Source of the DNA: Sphyrna mokarran
Lineage: Eukaryota
Length of the DNA: 64,000 nucleotides
Assembly (NCBI GenBank): GCA_024679065.1
Contig: JAGIQG010000008.1
Location: 82,894,001-82,958,000, forward strand
Direction of reading: 5' to 3'
Shown here: positions 49,974 to 60,134 of the stretch, piece by piece
How the letters are laid out: the number at the start of each line of letters is the position of its first letter
Numbering within the stretch: the first letter of the stretch is position 1
Program-made: the position numbers and the translations under genes
The notes under the pieces: generated by a model
Told to the model about the DNA's origin: nothing
The model's database searches: none
Seen by the model: only the letters and a program-made list of their open reading frames with translations

Positions 49974-50744
49974 CTAACAGCACAGCATGAAAGAAGAAAA
50001 GAGCAGAAAGAAAGAGTAAAGGGAGAAAACAAAAAGCAAAGCACAGTTAGCGAAGTCACCAGGAGTGAAGTACAGTAATGGTCTTGCGTTTGGTGGATAT
50101 CTGGCTTTGCTTTGCACTCAGATTATTAACACATCATTATTGGCAAGTGATTCTCATTTCCTGTAAAGTGCCTCTTTGCTGAACAATTACAACACAATGT
50201 AATCAACTCTAATTTAAATTGTTCTTGGTTTTTTTTGCCCTCCTCATCACGATCAGCCTGTATCTTGCACCAGTTGCCGGAACACAGCAGATGAGTAAGG
50301 CTTAACAGAAATGAACTTAAGTGGTTTGCTGAAAACAAAACAGTTTTAGCTATGGAACGAACATCCTTCCCCCAGCACTGGCAGGTAGTCGTAAGCAAAA
50401 CCAGCATCAGGACTAAAATTACTGGTAGCATTTTAGGGAGTTAAATGTAATAATACCTATAGGTGACAAACATTCAATTTTCAGAAATATCTTGACTTGT
50501 TAAAAAATGTACTGCATAGAGATGACAATGGAAAGTAATGTTCGGCAAAAATTTTATTTTCTGGCATATTTACACCTTTATTATATTTCTGCATTATTTT
50601 TTGTTTGCATTAAACACCTCCAGAGCATTTTTGTATAATAATTAATGGCAGTCAGGCTTTTCAATGTTAGATGCAGAGAGAAAGCTTATGAAATTGGGGC
50701 AAAATTGAAGCCTCATCTCTGGCAAACTCAGTCACGTGGTGATA

Positions 50745-51150
50745 CAGAACTTGAATATTGCTGAAAAGAGAGACATGTTGCTAAAGCTTTTCATCTTGCA
50801 CTCATCAGGACAAATGAAGGAATGCTAAGTTTCAAATGATCACAACATTTTATGTAATAGGAGCAGGGTGCTGATAGATTGGCAAGTCAACTCTGAGTTG
50901 TTGATGTATTACAATAGGGAAAGCAATGGGGAATTTTGGTCTCCCCAAGCTTCCGCAGAATTCAAAAAAGGGCTCAAGGCTTGACCATATTCCTTTTGTT
51001 TTAGAGAATGGGTTCCCGGGTCAGAATGTATGCTGTTTCAGGCAAGGGTGATTGACCCACATTAGGAGTCCAACTGATTATCTTAAATTCGTTGTTTCTG
51101 TAGCTATTAGCGCACTCAGGATTGTTTAGCAAGTGCTGCCCAATCACTAA
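50745..51150 (-). mobile_element. Penelope-like element: inverted terminal copy (pLTR with hammerhead motif plus endonuclease tail)
   Basis: Minus strand reads VIGQHLLNNPECANSY (GIY-YIG C-terminal motif) and ends ttgtc-CTGATGA-gtgcaagat-GAAA-agct-TT. It is an inverted homologue of 52000-52465. Confidence 0.8.
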
Positions 51151-51559
51151 CAGTATACATTCTGTTTTGGATTTTGCAGGTGTGAACTGGTTGAGTATGT
51201 CTGTACTCTGTTTTTTACAAACAACTGAAAGAACATGCTGTTTGATCTATGTACCTGGCATTGCGCTGGCATCCTAACCTCCTACCCCATGCACAACTCC
51301 GATATGTAGGTGATGAATTTGTGATCTTAAAATCAGCAAGATTCTCTTACACACTTTTATACATTTCATTAAATGTTTTGAGATGGAATAGTTTAACCTG
51401 CTTCTTTTCTGTTAGATTCCTTTATAATTGAGAAATTCACTAATGGGTTCTCTACTATGATCTACCACAAACCTATCTTCACCAGTCAGTATATATGTTA
51501 GGATTTCTATAACCTCTATGCACTATAATACTTGTTTCATCAAATAACTTGTAAATAAG

Positions 51560-52465
51560 ATCTAGCCATTCGCTCACTTGATATAGAAATAGAGTACATG
51601 AAAGTCATCCTGGTCAATTGCCATGTATTGTACAAACTTGCAAAAAGGCCAAAAACCTGAAAAATGCTGCATCTACCTCAAAATAATCTGGAAACGCAAA
51701 GCATCTCAAAAATGTGAATAATAGATTAAACAAACTGTTTCATGCTGCTACCATGCAATAGCTACATGAATCTTATTTTCCACTAACAGGAGGTTGTTGC
51801 AGCCCAAAATGATATTATATAATTGAATAGCGTCATGTATGAATTTTAGAGCCGGTGTGATATCAGGTCTGTAGGCCAGACACTCAATGACTGGCTGATC
51901 AAATCAAACAGCATGTCTCATCAGTTGTTTGTAATTAGCAAAGTACAGTCTGCACTTGACTATCCCACTCACGCAAAACCTAAACACAACATATACTGTT
52001 AGATGTGATACAGTGTTGGGCAGCACTTGCTGAAAATTCCTGTGTGCGTTAATATACATAATCAATCAAGCATGAAACATGGCTCGGTTTTGCTTGCTGA
52101 AAGAAATATACATAGAAACAAGAAGCAGGAATAGGCCATTCAGCCTTTCAAGCTTGTTCTGCCATTCATTTTGATCATGGTTTGATCATCGAATTCAATC
52201 TCCTAATCCCTAATTCCCTCTGTCCATTTAATCTGCAGAGCTAACTCAATAGAATGCAATCATACTCTCTGTAAACAAAAGGAACATGTCCAAGCCTTAC
52301 AACTTTCTTGAATTACTGAAAGCTGGGAGATCTTATAGTGTCCCCTCACCGCCCCAGTTTTCTCAGCAGGCCAATCACAGTCAACTTGCTAACCAATCAG
52401 CAACCTATTCTGTAGTATAAATTATGATCATTGGAAATTTGGCATCCTTATAATCTCCTTAGTGT
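51560..52465 (+). mobile_element. Penelope-like element GIY-YIG endonuclease remnant and 3' terminal repeat
   Basis: 51826 onward reads NSVMYEF*SRCDIRSVGQT...LADQIKQHV, then GQHLLK.P.C; a CR1 3' tail is inserted at ~52110-52240. Confidence 0.78.
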
Positions 52466-53039
52466 AGCTATACAAAGAAAGCAATTTCAGATTATAAATT
52501 AGAGAGAGAAAAAGAGAGAAAGTTAAAGTTGCTGCAGTTTTTTGCAGAGGGAATTTGATCTTTGGTCCTCTAGTCATGGAAATAGTATTTATTTATGAAG
52601 AAAATCACTGTCAATTCCTTCATATTTCAATGGACTTTTAATACCTGTGGAAGATACAAGATTTTAAAACAGAGATAATGTTTGAACTTCCGGTCTCATT
52701 TTCTCTAGATATTCAACTATATGACCGACTGAAGCACTGGTTATCAAAGGACCTTCACATTCAGGGAGAGAGTGATTTCCCTGCAGGGACTTGGTCCTAT
52801 TTTAGCTGCTGCCGCTCAGTCAGCACTGTAAATATTCTCCTCAGCCGATTTATCAATGCAGATTACTTAGATGACATATCTTTGCTCCAATGCTTTAATG
52901 CAGTGTTGTAGGCAAATTGCAAACTATCTGAAAAAAAAAAATCAACTATATCTTAACATCACAGCAACTTTAACACATTGGGTGCCCAGGGTGGAAGTGA
53001 AAAGTACTTATTTTTAAAACTTGTACGTGTGTAAGCTAA

Positions 53040-53360
53040 GCACTGTGGCACAATGGTTAGCATTGCTGCCTCACAGTACCAGGGACTCAGATTCAATTCT
53101 GGCCTTGAGTCAGTGTCTGTGTGGAGTTTGCATATTCTTGCCGTGTCTGCATGAGTTTCCTCCAGGTGCTCCGGTTTCTTCCCACAGTCCAAAGATGTGC
53201 AGGTTAGGTTAATTGGCCCTGATAAATTAACCCTTAGTGTCAGGGTATTAGCAGCGATTTCATGGGATTACAGGGATAGGACCTGGGAGGGATTGTTATT
53301 GGTGAAGACTTAATGGGTTGAATGGTTGCTTTCTGCACTGCATGGATTCTATGATTCTAC
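53040..53360 (+). mobile_element. HE1-like SINE, full length
   Basis: gtggcacaatggttagcattgctgcctcacagtaccagggactcagattcaattctggcc...ggattctatgattcta. Confidence 0.88.
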
Positions 53361-55639
53361 GAACCATGCATAATCCCAGTTCAATGAGGGAGTTGAGAGA
53401 TAATCTTGTCTGCTTTTTTAAATATTAGCTTGGAATTTTATTGACACAGTAAAAGACTGAGCAGAAAGCCTTTCCTTATTTTTGTTCAGAGTTCATGAAT
53501 GTTAGTAATGGGAGATGGCGCACTTTCCAGACAACTTGAGTCAGCACCGTGTACTTCCAGGTGTGGCACTGCTTTATTCTGTGGTAAAACTCCCCCAGCA
53601 AAGTCCATCATACAAGTGCATCTCTATCACAGTGAAATTTTCATTGCCCACACTAGCCGTTCTGTGACCTCTAAGTAGGATTGTGAATTAATGCTAAACT
53701 AGGGAAAGTTTTGTGCCATGGGTCAATGTCCACTGGCAATCAAATTACGAAAATACATATCACAAAGAGTCCTTGCAGCAGACAGACACAGCAAAATTCA
53801 TTCCATCAGCCTGAGTAGGACTCAAATCCGGTTAGATGTGAAAAGTTAGTGTCTAATATGCTGCACCACCTACCCTGTTTTATGATCCATTTTTGTGCTG
53901 GTTAGGGGCTTGTCAGTGCAGGCTGGGACCAACAGTGTGCTTCCCATACCTGAAGTGTGAATATGTTAAAAGAATTAAATATTAAAATAAAAAGATCATA
54001 TAATCGTCACATCACTGCTTTATGTTCGTCAAGAAGCAATCTGCAGTTGGGACTATTAACAAATGTTGGGTCCCATATACATTGTAGATAATGAAATCTC
54101 TTCAATTCAGTATTTGCATAGCCCTAAACGTGCTGGTTTTAAATTGCTCAAATATCTAAAAAACATAAGTACAGATTTTGACCTGAGTCAATGGACAAAG
54201 TGGGCATATGAATTGGTGAAGAATGCTTTACTTTCTTCCTTCTGATTTACTTTCCTTCCTATCCAATTCTAAACAAAAGTAGGAGACAATCAACTCAACA
54301 TGTTGGCAATGTCATGTAATTGGCATCCTTAATATCAATTTTCAAAAAGATCAGCAGTAAGCAGAGTCTATGAAGCTGCAGCGTGCAAGAGTCTACATGC
54401 TTGACACGTGGTGAGAGTTAGCTAAGCACATGACAGCCGAGTCCTCAAGGTGAGGGTCATTTTAGTTCACATACATGGATATAAGTTTGGAAGAAATGTA
54501 AAACCATATTTCAGTTACAGCAATTACTCAACACTTATTTTTCAAGGGAATAAATGTTGATTTGCAACTTTAAACATTACAAGTCCTGGAGTTCGTCATG
54601 AGCCCTGAAGTTTAAAGTGAATTAAATTGCTCCCCTCACCACCAAATCTCACACAAAGCAGATACATGTTTCAAAAGTTGGATGTGACATTGAGAGATTT
54701 TCACCAGGCTATTGTAAACATGCTGTCAGTTGCTAGTACTGCTTAAAACAACACATATATGAGCCAGTTGGTAACAAAGAACAAGCATACAGCAGCACCA
54801 ACACTGATGATGGAGATAAACATGGCACAAATTGGCAATTATGCATTTAGAGTTGCTAGCACATAGCACATTTATATCAAACAGAGACACACACAGGCTG
54901 TATGATACAGCTTTTGTACTGGAACAGCAATAAATGTCTGAAATGGATAACACTGGAATAGGAGAGTATACAATGTTAAGGCTCTTTTTTTTAGGATCAC
55001 AAACACACACACTCGTTCACTCATTAGGGATCGACTTATGGGGTGAATTACTTGCATAATTCATCGCGCTGAAGATGAGTGGCACTCATCATAGTTCAGT
55101 TGCTAATTGCAACGGTATCCAAATATATAAATATTAAAATATAAATGTTCAGAAATATAAATACAATCGAATTCTTAATATAACCAGAGATTACCTTTTT
55201 CTATAATGTAAATCATAAAAATGTCTAAAGGGATATTATCAAGTCTGAATCCATGAATTCACAGATTTATCTTTGTCCAGAGATTAACATTCCAATTTGG
55301 CCACAAGTCCCAGAAGTATAAATCAGAAATAAATACTCGAACAAGACCAAGGGCTTTCTTCAATGCACAGGTGTTCAATTACTTATGTTCCTAAGGCACC
55401 TCACTACCTAAAAAGGCATATCAAACTGAGCATGGTTTTCAACGCAAGCGCTTTATCAGATCAATACAATCATGAATTTTTTCAACAGTCTCACGTCCCA
55501 GTTCAGTCAGAGATTGTGCTTTTGTTTCAAATGAAGCAACTACAATGTAAATACACCCATACATAAACACATCACAATTTACCTGTATGGTGACATATTT
55601 TGCTGCACAACTTGAATTCAGATAGTGCCACTAATGTAT

Positions 55640-56340
55640 AGAATATCGAAAAGGTACTTCACAAAAGAGAAAAGAGCAGCAAAAGACAAACTGGGAGAAA
55701 TGACTGAATGCACAATTGAAGAGGTAGATTTTTAAAGGAATGAATAGAAATAGCATGACTGAGACTCTTCTGGAGGAATATCCCAAGAATAGGGTCAAGA
55801 TGGTTGAAGACTGTGGCATCAAGATAGAGCTGAATGCCATAGGATACATGGAAAACCGTAGTTGGAAACCTAATGAAGAGAGGCTGCAGTGCAGAGCTGG
55901 AGGAGGTTAATGAGATGAGTGTGTGATGTTGTGAAAGAATCTGTACGCAAGATGAAGTTTTTGAATTCAATGGATTGAGAGATGGAAACGGAATTGAACT
56001 TACAGGGACAGTGACACAGATTGAAGGACACTTTAGAGCATAGAGTGCAGATCTTGGAGCTGGAAAGATATCGTAGCGAGTTTATGCAGGATAGAACTTG
56101 AGCAGCTGGTAAGAGATGTGTCAGGAAAGATAAGTTAACAAATGTGACAAATATCATTAGCAATAGGGCAATGTCAAGGTTGAAGGCAAACCAGCTGTGT
56201 TTTTGGTAACAGCCAAACTGGATGATTAAATTCTTACCACTATTTGGTTGAATATCATTGAACTTTCTACTTGATTGCAAACAAGTGATCTGACAGTAAA
56301 GAGCTGACCTTGGAGAAGTTATAGCTGCATATCATTATGG
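55640..56340 (-). mobile_element. L2 LINE 3' remnant
   Basis: Minus strand QSIEFKNFIL...HLINLLQL (aacctcctccagc) resembles the L2 ORF2 C-terminus. Confidence 0.55.
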
Positions 56341-56453
56341 AAGGCTACTCTATAGCTATGGATCATATTGATGAGATACATTTAGAAAAAGAGGAAAAAA
56401 AAACAAGAATGATATTTTGAGATATCTCTGAGGAGACTACAGGGGTAGGTAAC

Positions 56454-56508
56454 TGTACGTGTACGTGTACGCGTGCGTGTGTGTACGCGTGAGAGAGAGT
56501 GAGAGAGC
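56454..56508. repeat. Compound microsatellite (TACGTG/CGTG/TG)n followed by (GA)n
   Basis: tgtacgtgtacgtgtacgcgtgcgtgtgtgtacgcgtgagagagagtgagagag. Confidence 0.9.
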
Positions 56509-57469
56509 ACATATGCATTATGAGCCAGATTTCTGTGTTCCATAAAGGTTGGGGATGGGTGTGGGGTTTGGCAAAAACCTAAACTGCTGGATTTGAAATT
56601 TGAATTTCCCCTCAAAAAGAATCCCACACATTTACTCATAGGTGTGAAGAGCTTTGGTCTAGGTTTGGCTTGTGAGCCCACATGCACAGCCTGTGGCATT
56701 AGGGTCACTACTGACAGGGCAGGAGAAGTTTGTATTTCACACCCAACAATATTTCTGTTGGGTGGCATTTGGAAGCCTGCGGAAACCCACCAGGTAAGAG
56801 AGCACAGGAAATCTGCTGAGGCATCAGGAACATTCTGACAGGCAAAAGTAACATTAAATATCACTATTAAATGCTATCTTATAAGTCAGATGTATATTTT
56901 TGTTGCAGTCATTGATCATGGGGCTTGGTTATGAAAGGGTAGGTTGATCCCTACATCAATCAGTATTATGCGTTGAAATACATTAAAGAGATACTCCCAA
57001 ATGGATAAAGTGCTATTATGTATTTCAAAACTGCAGAAAGTGTGAACTCTCATCATGATCTGAAGTGATTTTAATGCTGACAGTGTTTTCACTTAAAACA
57101 TAATGCCTAAGTTTAAACTTAAAAGGAAAAGCTAGCCCTCTATTTTTATCTGCTTTGAATGAGAAGCTATCTGATACAGCTGAGGAAAAACCTAACTACC
57201 CGCGTCTTCAATTCCAAAAGGCTCCATTGTCCATGTTGTAATGGTTTGTTTTCACAGATGAGCCCATTATGCTTGACCGAGGTTCAAAATCTGTTAAAGC
57301 ACTTAATTCAAAAGTCAATTGTTTACATTGTTATGCAGGAGACAGAGTGTGGCTTGACAGATAGTTTTAGGAGAATATAACCTGTCTTAGGTGTGGTTTC
57401 TGAATATATGTCTGCTTGCTTTCAATGATCACCTCAAATGAGAGAACCTAAATTATTTCCCCTTGACAT

Positions 57470-58005
57470 TCAGTAATGTTACCGTCACTAAATTCCCTAT
57501 TAACATCTTGAGGGTTATCCCCAACTGGCAAGAAACTAAACTGGACGTGCCAAATAAATACAATGGCTTTAAGAACAAGTCAGTAGCTGGGGATTCTCCT
57601 GACTTCCCAAAGTTTGTCCACCATCTGCAAGGCACAAGTTAGGAGTGTGATTGAATATTCTCCTGAATGACTGTAGCTCCAACAACACTCAAAAAGCTTG
57701 ATAGCATCCAAAACAAAGCAGCCCACTTTATTAGCATACATCCACCAACTTAAACACATACTCCATTGACCACTTAAAAAGGGCAAGAGCAGCAGATACT
57801 TGTGAACAACACCAGCTGCAAGTTCCCCTCCAAGACACATACCATCCTGACTTGGAACCATATTGCCATTCCTTCACTGTCACTGGATCAAAATCCTGGA
57901 ACTCCCTTCCAAAAACCACTACACTAAAAAGTCTGCAGAAGTTAAAGGTTGTAGTTTTCTCAAGGGCAATTAACACTAGCCTAGACAGCAACACTCACAT
58001 TCTGT
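57470..58005 (+). mobile_element. LINE 3' remnant (CR1 group, distinct from HER1 type)
   Basis: aaggcacaagttaggagtgtgattgaatattctcc...gctccaacaacactcaaaaagcttgatagcatccaaaacaaagcagcc reads KAQVRSVIEYSP...APTTLKKLDSIQNKAA; also SKSWNSLP. Confidence 0.7.
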
Positions 58006-58596
58006 GGAAGAAAACTAATCAACTTAATGATCACTTAAGGAGATTTGATTTTTTCAATGGGATTGGAGTTTTTTCTGTGCAGTATGAATGATACAGTGTT
58101 TGACTGCTAATTCTATTTAACAATTAGAGTTTTTTTCCCAAGTCCATTTTGAGGACTTCCCATTGATATTATGTGGCTCCTGAGGTCTGTCCATCATGGA
58201 TACTTGCTGGGTGGCTTTGGAGAATACATGAGGGGCTTAGAGAAGGCTTGATGGAATATAACAGGGCATGGGAGGATGAATGGAGGTGTGAGAGCTAGGT
58301 GACATAAGAACAATATTGAAGAATTGGGTTGAGGTCCTTGGGAACCAAGGTGAGCTTTCTAATCAGCCTACATCAGCACCTGAATGCCTCATCATCATCT
58401 TGGATCTGCCTAAGACCCAAAATTTGTCTGCCCACATCTCCAGAAGACAAAAGTATGGTGGCAATGAAGGTGGTGACTGGTTCAAGTTGGTTAAATTGTG
58501 AACTGCCTTGACTCATGTTTCCAGAACTGGAGATCTGTGTGCGCGTGTGTGCCAGAGTGAGTGAGGGAGAGAGGAGGCAGGGTTATTAATTGTATA

Positions 58597-60134
58597 CATA
58601 GAACATAGGACAATATAGCACAAACAGGCCCTTCGGCCCACGAGTTGCGCCGATCACATCTACCAATCCACAGACCTATTTATAACCCCCTATCCTATTC
58701 TTTTCCATATACTCATCCAGAAGTCTCTTAAAAGACCCCAGTGCGTTTGCCTCAACAACCTCCGATGGCAGTCGGTTCCATTCACTCACCACCCTCTGAG
58801 TGAAAAACCTACCCCTGACATCTCCTTTGTATTTGCTTCCCTGCACCTTAAATCTGCGTCCTCTCGTAGTGACCATTTCTGCTCGGGGAAATAGTCTCTG
58901 AGAGTCCACCCTATCTATTCCTCTCAACATTTTATAAACCTCTATCAGGTCGCCTCTCAACCTACGTCTCTCCAGTGAGAAGAGTCCCAGCTCCCTCAAC
59001 CTATCTTCATAAGGCCTGCCTCCCAATCCAGGCAGCATCCTTGTAAATCTCCTCTGAACCCTCTCAATAGCCTCTACATCCTTCCTATAATGAGGCGACC
59101 AGAACTGCGCACAATACTCCAACTGGGGTCTGACAAGAGTCTTATAGAGCTGCATCATTACCTCCTAAACTCTATTCCTCGATTAACGAAGGCCAGTACA
59201 CCGTACGCCTTCTTGACCACTTCCTCCACCTGCGAGGCCGATTTAAGAGTCCTATGGACCCGGACCCCGAGATCCTTCTGCTCTACAACACAGCTAAGAC
59301 TCCTACCCCTTATATTGTACTCCTTCATCCCATTATTCCTGCCAAAATGGACCACTACACATTTATCTGCGTTGAAGTCCATCTGCCACTTCTCCGCCCA
59401 GTCTTGCATCCTGTCTATGTCCCGCTGCAACTTTTGGCATCCCTCCAGACCATCCACAACACCACCGATCTTTGTATCGTCGGCGAACTTGCTAACCCAT
59501 CCCTCCACTTCCTCATCCAGGTCATTTATGAAAATGACAAACAGCAGGGGTCCCAGAACAGATCCCTGGGGCACTCCACTGGTTACCGACCTCCATGCAG
59601 AACAAGACCCATCCACAACCACTCTCTGCCTTCTGCCGGCAAGCCAGTTCTGGATCCACGAGGCCAAAGCCCCTTGGATCCCATGCCCTCTCACCTTCTC
59701 CAGAAGCCTTGCATGTGGGACCTTATCAAACGCCTTACTAAAGTCCATGTACACTACGTCCACCGCCCTTCCTTCGTCAATGTGTTCAGTCACATTTTCG
59801 AAGAACTCAACTAGGCTCGTAAGGCATGACCTGCCCTTGACAAAACCATGCTGACTATTTCTAATCAGTCCAAACTTCTCCAAATGTTCATATATCTTAT
59901 CCCTCAGAAGCCTCTCCATCAGCTTACCAACCACTGAAGTCAAACTCACCGGTCGGTAATTTCCTGGACTATCCCTGTTCCCTTTCTTAAAGATAGGAAC
60001 CACATCCGCAATCCTCCAATCCTCCGGAACATCTCCCGTTTCCATGGACGACGCAAAGATCATTGCCAGGGGCTCTGCAACCACTTCCCTCACCTCCCAC
60101 AATAACCTGGGGTACATCCCATCCGGTCCCGGCG
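58597..60134 (-). mobile_element. Young 5'-truncated CR1 (HER1-like) LINE with near-intact reverse transcriptase
   Basis: ORFs 59158-60165 (SPGPDG, NYRPVSLTSVVGK, YMDFSKAFDKVPH, SGVPQGSVLGPLLF, SKFADDTK) and 58676-59158 (YKTLVRPQLEYCAQFWSPHYRKD...) are broken by one frameshift. (catagaa)n tail at 58597; CpGs retained. Confidence 0.96.

Noticed and set aside
49974-50059. N-terminal 29 aa of ORF 49607-50059 (MTSLTVLCFLFSPFTLSFCSFLLSCCAVS), which looks like a signal peptide
   Set aside because: It is the translated polypyrimidine tract of the SYT7 acceptor, not coding sequence.
59156-59160. TAATG stop/start overlap between the two CR1 ORFs, resembling termination-reinitiation
   Set aside because: CR1 ORF2 is normally continuous here; a small deletion explains the overlap.
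59090-59854. 254-aa and 186-aa plus-strand ORFs
   Set aside because: Antisense shadows of the CR1 RT coding sequence; no independent protein features.
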